A stretch of 64,000 nt of DNA from Octopus vulgaris (GCA_951406725.2 OX597817.1:46500001-46564000); one strand, 5' to 3'; positions 1 to 13,244 are shown, counted from the first letter of the stretch. The notes: a model not told the origin generated them from the sequence alone. Program-made: numbers and translations.

Positions 1-3
1 ATA

Positions 4-40
<37 letters not shown>

Positions 41-90
41 TATTGATATTATTATATGATTGAACGCCAGGCATCCATTTCCAAGAAAGT

Positions 91-134
<44 letters not shown>

Positions 135-170
135 CACACGCACTCACATAAGTGCATATATATATATATA

Positions 171-421
171 CAGGGTGGGGTAAAAGTAGGCATAGAATTA
201 TGGAAAAAGGAAACACGTACAATACTCATTTATTTTTATCAAAAAAATTGAAAGTTGCGATAAAAGTGTTAGTATCGTTATGATAAATGTATTATTTTGA
301 TTAATGATGCTGAAAATATCAAAAATGGAGGTTCACCTACTAACTGCGCTAAAAAATTCAATGAATAACGTATTTTAAATTTGATGTGACAGTTTCTGCA
401 TACCTACATTTGAATCCATCT
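171..421. mobile_element. Possible Tc1/mariner-type MITE (decayed)
   Basis: TA-CAGGGTGGGGTAAAAGTAGG at left; imperfect inverted CCTACATTTGAATCCATCTG at right; no ORF. Confidence 0.35.
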
Positions 422-434
422 GTGTGCGTGTATA

Positions 435-471
<37 letters not shown>

Positions 472-580
472 ATTTAGGAATGCTCATGTTGCTAGTTTAG
501 CCAATAAAAACACTCGCACTATACATTTGGTTTTAATTTGCTTCAGCTTTATTTATTTTTTTACATTAATCTTAATCTTA

Positions 581-628
581 TTTCGGCTAGAGTTCTTTGG
601 TCACACTCCTGTTACCTCATCAGTGGTC
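581..628 (-). ncRNA. Partial hammerhead-like motif in a (TA)n-flanked repeat (about 465-1010)
   Basis: Minus strand: CTGATGA-GGT...GCC-GAAA; stem III and the 3' strand of stem I are not recognisable. Confidence 0.35.
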
Positions 629-1013
629 CTTTGCTTTCTTCTTTCTTATTTGCGTGCCTCTCCTTACTAACTGTCAGCCATTTTGTATTTTTTATTCCTA
701 TTTTATGTGTCTTTATTTGCGCATGCGTATACCCATATGTGTGTCTATGTTTAGTTAGTTTGGGAGGAAGTGCCTGTAATATTTGTAACTCCTCTTTATA
801 CACGTTCGTGTAATTTGTTTTTGTTTATTTTATTCATGTGTTTACACCTCCTTTTTATGATTTGTATTTTTGTTCTATTTAGTTAACTTAATTTTTTTTT
901 GTTAACGTATATAGTTATTTACTTCCATTTGTTTATCTGTGTATTTTATTATGTTTTTAGTTTTGTTTATATTGTTATCAGTTTAAGGGGATCTTATTCT
1001 GTCATATGATGTG

Positions 1014-1095
<82 letters not shown>

Positions 1096-1099
1096 CAAA

Positions 1100-1338
1100 T
1101 AATACATCTCTAAACATAAAGAGATTTATGCAGTAGTGTTACGATAGAGTAGTTGTATAATGTCAACTTAATGTGACAGTCCCATAAAGGGAATCACACT
1201 ACTGCTATTTAGCCCTAGGAAGCAGCAACGCTTCCTGTCGGCCTTGACACATTTGCTGTGTCCATATGTTTGCAAGGGGGAGATAAGCACCTCCACCCAG
1301 CTAAGTCTGCATCTAGAGACTAGTTTCTGAGTCTTTGC
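1100..1338 (-). mobile_element. (TA)n-anchored small element related to the 11722-11940 foldback, with the 3' half of an HHR
   Basis: Shares caacttaatg..cagtccca..actg..atttagccc with 11728-11785; minus strand GAAA-CTA-GTC at about 1318-1327; cut by a SINE at 1340. Confidence 0.4.
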
Positions 1339-1496
1339 GCGTCATCCTTTCGGGGAGCGAGAAAATAAGTACCAGTCAAGAACTGGGGTCGATGTAATCG
1401 ACTTACGCCTTTCTCTGAAATTGTAGGCCCTAAGCCAAAATTTGAAGCCATCGGTGTGTAATGTGTGAGTTGATTAATATTAATGAGCAGGTTCGA

Positions 1497-1858
1497 GGCG
1501 GCGAGCTGGCAGAAACGTTATCACGCCGGGAGAAGTGTTTAGCGATATTTCGTCTGCCGTTACGTTCTGAGTTCAAATTCCGTCGAGGTCGACTTTGCCT
1601 TTCATCCTTTCGGGGTCGATATATTACGTACCAGTTACGCACTGGGGCCGATGTAATCGACTTAATCCCTTTGTCTGTCCTTGTTTGCCCCTTCTGTGTT
1701 TAGCCCCTTGTGGGTAGTAAATAGATAGGTATTTCGTCTGTCTTTATATTCTTTGAGGTCGATAAATTAAGTACCAGTTGCGTACTGGGGTCGATCTAAT
1801 CGACTGGCTCCCTCCCCCAAAATTTTGGGCTTTGTGCCTAGAGTAGAAAAGAATATTA
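1497..1858 (+). mobile_element. tRNA-derived SINE family A with internal duplication (3' piece also at 1340-1445)
   Basis: GGCGGCGAGCTGGCAGAA head, B-box-like GAGTTCAAATTCC, central CCTTTCATCCTTTCGGGGTCGAT..TACCAGTT; many copies in window. Confidence 0.9.
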
Positions 1859-1869
1859 TTGAACGGGTT

Positions 1870-2680
1870 TCTAATCCTGAGCATCTTCTTCCGAGAAACT
1901 GCTTATGATATCGATGTATGAACAGATCTTTAACGTATGCAACCTGTGCGCAACGGTCCTTTCTGTTTATATTTTCCTTTTTCATCAGACCTTGTGCTCC
2001 AGTTATAAATTAGATGTCTTATTTAGGCGGTGAGCTGGCAGAATCGTTTTCACGTTGGCCCAAATACTCAGCAGCCTTTCGTCTGTCTCCACGGTTTGAG
2101 GTCAAATTCTACCGAGGTCGACTTTGCCTTTTATCCTTCAGGGTCGATAAAATAAGGACTAGTTGAGTACGGGAGTCGATGTGATCGTCTTACCCACTCT
2201 CCCGAAATTGCTGGCCTTGTGCCAAAATTTGAATTCATTATTAGTGATGTTATATACGGTGTATTCTATATTCTGTTTATTTCATTTGCAAGTTTCTTCT
2301 ATTGTAGCTGTTTTTCCAATTCCTTTCGAATAATGTTTCGGCCACAAAGGATCGCAATTTCAATCAATGTGGATCTATTTTCATTTACATCTTTAATCAT
2401 AATACCAGGACAGCTTACGTTGATCTCCTTGTCCGTTTCGATAAAAATGTGATTGCACTCAAGTTGTGCTTTATCGTATTTCATACCTCTTTAAAACCTT
2501 TTTAAAACACTTAGGTTTTTCCCGTTGAAGTTTTGGCATCCTGCCCATGATATTTACTTGCCGACTCAATCATATTTACGTAGATAAAAGAACTTGAGTA
2601 GGATAGAGTACCCGGAGATTATGTCGTCAACCGTCTCATACGACTCGTTGCAGTGTATGCACTTGAGTTTAATATCTTTG
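1870..2680 (-). pseudogene. 3' fragment of an RLE-type non-LTR retrotransposon (R2/R4-Dong-like), split by a SINE
   Basis: Minus-strand translation: decayed zinc knuckle KCIHCNESYETVDDIISG, RLE-like IETDKEINVSCPGIMIKD..TLIEIAI..RNIIRKELEK, then ITGAQGLMKK; stops present. Confidence 0.7.
2025..2240 (+). mobile_element. SINE family A inserted in the RLE-LINE fragment
   Basis: Same head and central motif as 1497. Confidence 0.9.
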
Positions 2681-2964
2681 AAATTTTATTTTAAAGGTTT
2701 TCTTTCTTTTTGTGTGTGTCGGGGTGGGGGTAGTTAAGCATTGTTGCCGTATATAATTAGACGGTCCTTCAATCCCTGTTTTGCTTTCATTCCAGAGATT
2801 TTGAACTAGAGTTAGCTTTCAATCTAGCTTAATTCTGCTATTTCAAGCCTTATGAGATATTGGCATCTAGCCAAATAATTGTTTCCTTCTCAAATTTTTC
2901 TTCAAAATAATTTAAAATCCAGTTCAGTTACAATTATCGTTATTTGACTTACTCTATTTAGCTG

Positions 2965-3490
2965 ACCTTGTTTGTCCCTTCTGTGTTTAGCCACTTGTGG
3001 GTAGTAAAGAAATAGGTATTTCGTCTGTCTTTACGTTCTGAGTTCAAATTCCGCTGAGGTAAACTTAGTTTTTCATAATTTTGGGGTCGATAAAATAAGT
3101 ACCAGTTGAACACTTGGGTCGATGTAATCGACGTAAACCCTCCCCCAAAGTTTCAGGCCTTTGTCGAAAGGATTATTATTATTATTATTATTGAGTGAGA
3201 GAGCAGTGCACGCCATCAAAGTAACACTGGGGTAAAATATTATCATTATTGTTGTTGTTGTTGTTGTTGTTAAGGCGTTGAGCTGGCAGAGTTGAGAGCA
3301 CGCGGGGCAAAATATTTAGCGGTATTTCGCTGGTCGCAACGTTCTGGGTTCAAATTCCGTCGAGGTCAACTTTGTTTTCATTCTTTCGGGGTCGATAAAA
3401 TAAGTACCACTGAAATACTGGGGCCGATCTAATCGACTCATCCTGTCCCACAAAATGGCTGCCCTTGTGCCGAACTTTGAAACCATTATT
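2965..3490 (+). mobile_element. Two SINE family A copies (about 2965-3190 partial; 3274-3490)
   Basis: Family A motifs with (ATT)n tails. Confidence 0.85.
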
Positions 3491-3901
3491 ATTTTTGTTG
3501 CTGTGGCCGTTGTTCTTGTTCTTGCTGTCTTTTTCCTTTTCGTTTTTGTGTAAACCTTGTTTATATTCGTCCGCAATTATTTCATAAAATTAAAACGAAT
3601 ATTCATTATTTTTCCTTTCCTGTCGTGATAACATTTATCAAACACATATACAGATTTCTCTGTTACTCATATATTATTATCGAAATAATTAGGCAATAGA
3701 AAGTATCTATTATGTATTGCAATTTTTACGTCTGTTATTCATATCAGGACATTCACCTCACACTCTCTATAGTATTAGTTAGCACATACAGAGAAATAAA
3801 AATGCTTGTTAAGATATCCAAACATTAACACGGTGTATAGTAAGCCAGAATAGCAATTATTGGGAAAATAACGTATTTAACGTTATAAATCTTTTGTGAT
3901 T

Positions 3902-3973
<72 letters not shown>

Positions 3974-4196
3974 AAATATATCTAATCTATATATATGTGT
4001 ATATATGTATGGATGGATGGATGGATGTGTATATATGTGCGTGCGTATGCAGCTATGTATGCATATATATATATACATTTATTTATACCTATATGTACAC
4101 ACACACAGATATATATATATATATATACATATATTATATATATATATATACATATATATGTATATATAAATATAAATACCTATATATAAATATATG

Positions 4197-4253
<57 letters not shown>

Positions 4254-4671
4254 GTGTTATATACATGTATGCTTATGTATGAATATACAAATGAGGTATA
4301 TATATATATATATCCACGTGAATACATGTGTATATAAAGAGAAGCTAACAGAGAGACGCTCAAACAAAAGGAGTGACTGCCGGAGACAGGGACACGGGGA
4401 AATGTGCAAAACTAAAGCAATATTAGCATATACATGTGTGTATATGCACACAGACATACACAGACACACACACATGTATACATTCATAATATAAGTATAT
4501 ACATAAATGTATACAGTATACAGTATATATACATGCATATATATATATATATGTATGCCTATACATATATATATAAATATTGCAATACACGCACAAGCAC
4601 ATATATACATATATACTTTATATATCAATATACATACGCACGGGGTTTTTTATGATTGTATATAGAGGAAT

Positions 4672-4878
4672 ATATATTATTCAAAGGAATTCCTATTGTG
4701 TTTTTTATCTTTTATTTATATTCTTTATAATATCAACTTAGAATATAGAATATATAGTATATATAGTATATACTATTATATATATACTATATATTGAACA
4801 TTCTACATTAATATTATAAAGACTATGAATACAACATAAAAAAAAAACAGAGTTAGAACTCCTTTGAATAATATATAT
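4672..4878. repeat. Imperfect foldback element ending in (TA)n
   Basis: ATATTATTCAAAGGAATTC / GAACTCCTTTGAATAATAT ends; inner CTTTATAATAT / ATATTATAAAG. Confidence 0.6.
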
Positions 4879-4884
4879 ATATTT

Positions 4885-5198
4885 CCGTTTCGCGACCGTT
4901 GCCAGCACCGCCCCGTTTCGTGTCCGTTGCCAGCCTCGCCTGGCCCTCGTGCCGGTGGCACATAAAAAGCACCATCCGTTCGTGACCGTTTGCCAGCTCT
5001 GTCTGGCACCTGTGCGGGTGGCACGTAAAAAGGACCCACTACACTCTCGGAGTGGTTGGCGTTAGGAAGGGCATCCAGCCGTAGAAACACTGCCAGATTT
5101 GACTGGGCCTGATGAAGCCTTCTGGCTTCACAGACCCCAGTAGAACCGTCCAACCCATGCTAGCATGGAAAACGGACGCTAAACGATGATGATGATGA

Positions 5199-5200
<2 letters not shown>
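4885..5200 (+). mobile_element. 3' part of a SINE with an RTE-type tail
   Basis: GGCGTTAGGAAGGGCATCCAGCCGTAGAAAC..CCCATGCTAGCATGGAAAACGGACGCTAAAC-(GAT)n; internal ~30-60 bp repeats. Confidence 0.75.
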
Positions 5201-5242
<42 letters not shown>

Positions 5243-5500
5243 GTACACGGACAAATATCAACAAAGAACATAATGTTGGATGGGGTGCTCCGCCAGGTTT
5301 AACACGACCAAGACAAACCACATATCACGGTAAAGGTTACTGATTCTTCTGCTAATGCAGCAGAACTGGTGTCAGAAAAAATACAGCACTTGGTTGAGAT
5401 TTAGTTTTCACAATTCTTTTGTGTTTGCTCTAGGTCGTATATATGGTTCTTCCGTAGACATATAGACATACATGTATACATATATATATATATATAAAAC

Positions 5501-5626
<126 letters not shown>

Positions 5627-5922
5627 GAGGGGTTTCTTTCAGATTCCATCTCCCAAATATATACACCAACAGATAGATAATATCTCACTATCAATCTATA
5701 TATATACGGGTTCTCATACACACACGCACACATATTTACCACACCCATTTCATATGTACATGCACACATACACAAATACTTACCTTGTACACACGGACTC
5801 ATAAGACCCTATCGTTTTGTATTCAGCCTGTACGAATCCTTCGACATGTGTTAGCTTTAGATCTACCTGTCCAAATGGATGGGTAACGTCGTGACGTGTG
5901 TCGTAACGTGTATTTAACGAGT

Positions 5923-5959
<37 letters not shown>

Positions 5960-6139
5960 GCAAAAGGAGGACCTACGAGTCAGTCGAAGTTTGAACGTCG
6001 AGAAGAGAATCACCATTCGAAGAGAAGAAAACGAAAAAGAACAATGAAAACACACTGTCGTTAAATGACGATTTCTACAACGAACTTTGGAACATAATTA
6101 TAATCAAACGGATAAAATAGTTGTTGCAATTGAATTCTG

Positions 6140-6455
6140 TATTTCCGGTCAGTTATTTATCTCCGTATCATGGTATCAAAGTATTTATCTCGTTTCTGAT
6201 TACAAACGAATTTCCACAAGACTGTCATATTGCTATATTCTTTGTTGCATTGATGTCTGTATTTCCGTTCCGTCATTTTCCAGCGTATCTTTGATAACGA
6301 AATATTTATCACTATTTTGTGTTAATAAACAATTTTCACCAGACGTCATTGTCTACATTTGTTTATGAAGTCCGTTTTTCCGGTCAGCCATCTTTTCTTC
6401 GTATCTTGATACCGAGATATTTATCTCTTTTTGTGGTAACAAGCGAACAGATTCT
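6140..6455. repeat. Three degenerate ~115-bp tandem units
   Basis: Recurring TTTCCG..CGTATC..TATTTATC..T..AA at about 6140, 6260 and 6375. Confidence 0.55.
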
Positions 6456-7339
6456 ACAGGTGGTTAGACCTGCTTAATAGCGCTGACGTAAAATTTGAAC
6501 TCAAATCGCTAAGCAGCGTAACATATGCTGCAAGACAACACTTCCGATTTTCTATCAATTCTTCTAATCCCTCTCTCGACTATAGATCGATAAAAATTAT
6601 AGTTGACTACCTTTTTTCTATAAAGATTCTGTCATCGAAATTTGGTTCACCCAGGACTAACTGGAGAGCATATTAGAAAAGCTTGCCCAAGATAATGTTC
6701 AAGAGGAGAGCCCTGAGGTAGCTTTCTATTTTACCTTTAATTGATTTTGATGACACCAAAAATATAGTTGGCTCTTGAATTCCTGTGTTGCTGTACATAT
6801 GCAAATATATTAATATGTGATGTTTATATGTGTATATATATATATGCGTTGTGTGTGTGTGCGATGTCTATATGCTTATATATATGTGATGTGTGTGTAT
6901 ATGTGTATGTAGGAGGGTGATGTCTATATGTCTACACATGTGTGATGTCTATATGATTATATATATGTGTGATGTGTATGTGTGCGTGTGTGTGCTGGCG
7001 TACGTGTCTTGATGATTTCGGGTGTACATGTGTGTTATTAAAGTCACGATTCTATTGCACGTTATGTTTTTGTATTCATCGATAGAAGAGAAAATATAAT
7101 TATAGATATTAAGACTGTAAAGATAAAGGAAGTAGCAGTGTGTGACAGAAAGTGGCTTACTGTAATTAGCTTTATCTCTATACGTACTTATTCGAATCAG
7201 AATCGTTGTAAACAAAATACAAGTGATGGTTGACTTAGGAGATTGTTCTCTACAATGTCGCTTGCCCCACCTGAAACATCAACAAATTCTACCTCAAATC
7301 ACTGCCATCTGTCTTTTGGAAGGTAGGAAACATTAGATA

Positions 7340-7381
<42 letters not shown>

Positions 7382-7384
<3 letters not shown>

Positions 7385-7730
7385 TGTGCCAAATTTTGGC
7401 ATTGAAAGCTACACCAATGCCAGAGCGGAACGACACTGCATAGTGCCAAAGGTCCCAGCAATGCCATCAGCAAGGGCCCACAGCTTTTTAATATTCTCCC
7501 AAAGAGTCTGAGGAACTTACACAAAGTAGATGTAGGCGTTTTTAAATCAAAGCTAGACCTATTCCTGTCGAGAGTCCCAGATGAACCTACCTCACGGCAA
7601 TAGGTGCAAATGAGGATAGCTATATCAAACTCATGCTTCACAAAGTGCCACATATTAGAGGAGGCTCTTAGTAATAACAGTGTAGCAAAACGGCGGTGCA
7701 TCAGCATGGCCGCAGCTCTGAGCTGAAACT
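7382..7730 (+). mobile_element. CR1/L2-group LINE 3' fragment
   Basis: Encodes PNFGI..GPQLFNILPKSLRNL..VFKSKLDLFLSRVPDEP, homologous to the ORF2 C-terminus at 25300-25560. Confidence 0.85.
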
Positions 7731-9308
7731 AGAGAGAAGTATATATATATATATATAATCTTTGAGTATGGAGGTTACGTATGGAACGGTTGTGTTTATA
7801 AGTCTCCTTGAAATATGACCTTGGGATAAACAATTACAAAGGAGTAACAGTCATTGTATTATGGTTCCATTCAATCCAGAAAATAGTTACTTAACGAACG
7901 TGCGGCCTTGTGCCAAATAAAGAAATAAGTATTAATGGCAAGTATCCATTAAATGGAAACGAAGCTGGATAGGTTCCATTGGAAATAATTAAATAAGAAT
8001 TTCAGGTTTGATGTCGGAAGGAAGTGAGAGAAATACAGAAAGACACCGCGAGAAAGAGAGAGAGAGAGGAGAGGAGAGGAGGTAAATTAGTAACAAAGAT
8101 AGGACATGGTGGAGAAGGATGGGTGAAGATACGATGTGAAATGGACAACGCCAGCGAAACATGGCGGTGGGCTACGGAAAAGGTTGATGAATATACTAAT
8201 ATATATGTAGATGGAGATACACTGTGAAGAAGATAGATCGAGAGGTGATGCTTTCATAGACAGATAAAGACAGAATATATAAATGAACAGAGCGAAAGAT
8301 AATTAAAACAACAATAAAAACTAATAAATAACCAGATATAATTTAATCAAGTTTAACCAACATTTCCAAGGTTTTAATTACACTTTTCCCTCTGTTCATT
8401 AAGCCTTCAAACATTTCGCTTCTACGCCTTATGTTTAAAATTTTTGCTCAGTCTTTCATTTGAATAATTTCCACAAACTAAATTTATTTCTTTTTCAAAG
8501 GATTTGTTTTCATTTCAAGGAATCTGATTCTTGCCAGCATGCAATGCAAAGTTAGTTTAATGATTTGTACATGGGCTTCAGTCTCTGTTTCACAGGAAGC
8601 AATTTGTTTATTTGATGGCGGCAGAATGAAAAGCTAACAAATTTTACGTGATTTCGCTTTATTTTAAAATTTCATTACCTTAATTGTCGAATCGTTGTGA
8701 AAATATTACATTTTATTGAGATTGGGATAAGGTATGACGGTTATGATGTTTCATTCCTGTTTAAACTGGATAACATAAGGAACCTTATGAAATATTGCAG
8801 AAATAGCCTTGGTGGGTTTGCCCACGAAACGACACTGATGATTAAAGAAATGAGAAAAAATATTCAAAGTCGTGAACGCGTTTAAGTTTTTACCAATATT
8901 TTAGAAATATTTGAATTTATTGTTTAGTTAAGGATCAGCAAATAAATTTCCCTTTAGATTGGTATTCAATCCGGAGGGATATTTTTGCCTCTGGTTAGAA
9001 TAGCCTGGATATGTAGATTGTCAGGGTAAGGTCTGAATTAAATTCATTGACACTGTCTATAAATTAAAAAGCCCGGTGACAATTGAAAAGGGGCAAGAAA
9101 CTGGCGGTCACACATTACAGAAAATATGGTTATAATTCTTGATTTACGTATTGCAAGAGATTGGTGTGCAATGAAACATCTCCCAATTGAATATACGGAG
9201 TGACCCTTCACAATTATTGTTTACTCTACATTTTCCTTTAAGTGCTCTATCACAACTGATACATTTGTTTAACCCGCCCATTTCTCTCTCTACTTATCTA
9301 TCTATATA

Positions 9309-9407
9309 TCTCTCTGATGACAGTAAACTCGGCCTATGGAATTATGGTGTCGTCACTCGACACGATGTTCCAATAGCTGAGATATTCTACTAAACAGCTG
9401 TTAGAGA
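9309..9407 (+). ncRNA. Type-I hammerhead motif with long stem II, G12>T (probably dead)
   Basis: TCTCT-CTGATGA-[hairpin CTCGGCCTATGGAA/TTCCAATAGCTGAG, GTGTCG/CGACAC]-TAAA-CAGCT-GTT-AGAGA. Confidence 0.7.
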
Positions 9408-9898
9408 CTATGTACACTTTTTTTTTTATATAGCTAAATGAAATGTCCTTTTCAAGTCTTGCCAAAGCGCTTGCCCCTTCATTTCTGTTTTAATCTATAC
9501 CTACCTGCTCAAGGAGAAGCCACTTCTTACCGCTTTAGAAAACCAGTCACAAAATCGCATGTTAAACTGCAGTTCAAACTGGAATTTTAGTGGCACACCA
9601 GATTAAGCACTCAGGGTGCATACCTATTAGCTTACGTCACCCTCAAGAATAAATATTCCACGTATATTTTATAGTGCTGAATCACAATACTTGGTAAACC
9701 AAAGGGAAGTTTCTCAGTTAAGGCATTAAACGTTAAAGGTGGAACATTATAGCAAATTTCTTCAAATTCTATTTCCCTGAAGATATTAGAACTAGAGTGA
9801 AAGACCAAGGAGTAGTTGTAAACGTAGAGTGTTGAATGGAGATTAATTCCATGTGACAAGCAGACGAAAGCATTGTTCTCAATGCAGGAAAATAAGTA

Positions 9899-10462
9899 TT
9901 GTGTTGTCCGGAAAGTTCGTGCCGACTTATAGTAGCTTACCTTTCCGTTAATTTTAGAACATGGTTGAGTCCAGAAAATAGGATTTGGCTACACCTCCAT
10001 TTAGAGCACAGTTTAAGCTATCTTTTCGTGGAAGAAGCTTTATATTCCTATAAACTTTGTTAATTCTGTAACCCTTTAAAATGGAAGATAAGAAAGTTCA
10101 TTTTCGGCATTTGATGCTTTGGGAACCAAACAAATTGCTGCAGCTCGGCTAGGATGTGTTACCCCACTCTCCATATTCACCAGATATTGCTCCTTCGGAT
10201 TTCCACTTATTCAGGTCTCTGCAGAATAGTCTTAATGGTAAAGATTTCAATTCCTTGGATGACGTAAAAAGTTACCTTGATGAATTCTTAGCCATGAAAC
10301 CACCTCAATTCTAGGAAGAGTGTATTTTTAAGTTAAAGGAAAGATGGAGACGCATTGTGAAACAAAATGGTTCATATTTGGTTGATTAAAAATGTAATGG
10401 CAAGTATTTATTGACTTTTTTCTTTCCTTTAAAAATCGGCACGAACTTTCCGGATAACCCAA
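9899..10462 (+). mobile_element. Internally deleted mariner element
   Basis: TIRs TTG(T/G)GTT(G/A)TCCGGAAAGTTCGTGCCGA, TA on both sides; residual PHSPYSPDIAPSDFHLFRSLQNSL. Confidence 0.92.
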
Positions 10463-11429
10463 TACTTTCTCGAATAATTAGATTAGAAAAAATTAGATAG
10501 CGCATATGAGATATTAGAATGCTAGTTTATCAGCTTTTTTAAATAATAATCATCTTTTGTTTCTATTTTTTCGTTTTTGTTTTTTTTTCTTATAGCTTCA
10601 GACATTTGACTGCAGTAGTATCGGTTGAGCGCCATCAACGATTTCACTGGATAATATCGATCCTATCCTAATTATAATATGTTATTAATATTATTGATCC
10701 TTATTTATCGAATGACTGACTTATATTTTTGCATAAAGGGATGCAACTCAATGCTGACACAGACACGACACACTCGCGTATAGCGAGGATGTGTGTATTT
10801 GTGCGTATGTGTGTGTGTATGTGTGTAAATACGTCACTTTACGAGGACCCGCTTTACCACATCCCGGATATTTATTTTATGATAAATATAAAAGATTAAA
10901 CAGGAGTGGATGTGTGGTAAGTAGCTTGCTTACGAACCACATGGTTCCGAGTTTAGTCCCATTTCAGTAAATGAGTAAAGCGAGCCATTTTGTGTGTGTG
11001 GCACCGTCGGAACATGTGGCAACACTGGTTCTGACGTGTCTACACAGCGACGGAATAAAATAACGGCAATAAAATTTCATTGCTACTATGAAGAAATAAT
11101 TCTCTGCTTCACGAGCTTTCGCTTTACGAGCAGTTTCTGGAAACAGATTAACTCGTATATCGAGGCATTACTTTATACACACACACACATATAACTGTGT
11201 GGAGCTGCGGAAGAAGAAGGAAGAGAATATACGTGATGTATAGACAACAATATCGATGGTCGTGTAAGAAAGGAGCGGGAAAAACATTGGTCGTAAAGAG
11301 TTATAATTCTTAATTACAGGAACTTATTTATTAAATTATTTGAAGGCTTCCTCATAGTTTCCGTTTTAGAAATATCATTCATCCTAGTATTATAGGAGAA
11401 GAAAATCACATACCTGCGGCACACCGTTA

Positions 11430-11520
11430 CATTCACTTCAACATTTCAATTCAATCTGTCAAAATATGAGATGCAGCGCTGAAAATATTTTGACAAATTA
11501 AATTTAAATGTTGAAGTGAA
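11430..11520. repeat. Palindromic hairpin within a (TA)n-anchored repeat
   Basis: TTCACTTCAACATTT..TGTCAAAATAT / ATATTTTGACA..AAATGTTGAAGTGAA. Confidence 0.75.
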
Positions 11521-11576
11521 ACCTACGGTTGCTGAGATTTTAAATGGCCTATAAACACCTTCCACGCTGCAATTAT

Positions 11577-11694
<118 letters not shown>

Positions 11695-11721
11695 GCAGTA
11701 ACAGTACGATAAAGTGATGGC

Positions 11722-11940
11722 TTATTGCCAACTTAATGAATGTAGCAGTCCCAGGAAAGGGAGAATCTTACTGTCATTTAGCCCCATGAAACAGCGTTTC
11801 AACTTGGCTACGCGACACAAGCTTTCTTAAGGACAAAGAACGGTTGTGTCGCGTAGCCAGCTAGAAACGGTGTTTCTTGGGGCTAAATGACAGTAATATT
11901 CTTCCTTTTCCTGGGAATGCCACATTAAGTTGGCAACAAG
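11722..11940. repeat. Foldback with ~100-bp arms and ~20-bp spacer between microsatellites
   Basis: TTGCCAACTTAATG..TGGCTACGCGACACAA / TTGTGTCGCGTAGCCA..CATTAAGTTGGCAA. Confidence 0.85.
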
Positions 11941-11946
11941 CTCTCA

Positions 11947-12016
<70 letters not shown>

Positions 12017-12019
<3 letters not shown>

Positions 12020-12170
12020 AGAAATTAAAAAAGGAAAATACGCACACTTATATAGTTTTAATATAATTTTTAATAAATCGACCGGTTTCGCTATCGCTAT
12101 TCATGATATTATGATATCATGATAGCGAAATCTATGTAAGCGTGCGATTTTCCTTTTTTAATTTCTTATA
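12017..12170 (-). mobile_element. Small foldback element with a minimal A3-U8 hammerhead motif (12075-12110)
   Basis: Arms AAGAAATTAAAAAAGGAAAAT / ATTTTCCTTTTTTAATTTCTT; minus strand ATC-ATGAATA-GC GATA GC-GAAA-CCG-GTC-GAT. Confidence 0.6.
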
Positions 12171-12213
12171 TACATTACAACTCACCACGTGGGTATAATC
12201 GAAATACCTCTTT

Positions 12214-12263
<50 letters not shown>

Positions 12264-12357
12264 TGTCTGTCTGTCTGTCTGTATGTATGTATGTATGTAT
12301 ATATATATATATATTAATATATATGTAGCTATATATATGTATGCTCATGTGTCTGTA

Positions 12358-12403
<46 letters not shown>

Positions 12404-12825
12404 CACGCACGCACATACAGTGACGCACAGTTACATACACACATATATCAGCGGGCAGATGTTTTAGCATGTGTGTATGTATGCTAATGTGCGCTTGCAT
12501 GAGTACGTGTATGGGTGCGTAAGACTGCATACAGTTGCAATATACATATCTCATGTTTTATTTTATTTGGAATCTTACGGAAGTTTAAAATTTCATTACG
12601 GAAAAGTTTTATGTTACATATAAAACAGAAACAAGATTTTGTTAAACGTCTTTCATTAATCAAAGTAGTAGTCAGCTATTTTTTTAAAGTGAAATAAAAT
12701 GAATTATGTATAATTCTATTTAATAAACATTTTACTTTTACTAGGCTGTAAATTGGAAACTATATAATGCGTACATACGCATGTATATATATGTATTTCT
12801 GTATATATAAATGCATATATATATT

Positions 12826-12874
<49 letters not shown>

Positions 12875-12879
12875 GCACT

Positions 12880-12914
<35 letters not shown>

Positions 12915-13076
12915 ACATACATACGTATGTCCAGAGATAGATATAGATATGTACATATATATATACATCAATACATACATATAAATATACATACGCACAT
13001 ACATATATATGTATGTATATATAATATATATATAATACATGTATCTAATACAGACATACATATATACATATGCACG

Positions 13077-13108
<32 letters not shown>

Positions 13109-13244
13109 ACTTAGAGTATCTACGAGATACCGCCATGCTGAAAATAGCAGCCAGGATCTGACTCTAAGACCACATTAAGTGTTCATATAGCACAAGGAGA
13201 GAAGACAAAAAGACAAAATAAAACTAGTAAAACATTACTGGATA

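Noticed and set aside
3857-4655. YI/CV/HT-rich ORFs here and throughout the window
   Set aside because: Translations of (TA)n, (TG)n and (GATA)n microsatellites
7760-7890. Long hairpin closing with TCCA-GAAA
   Set aside because: Core reads TTGAGTA (no 3-8 pair) and there is no stem I
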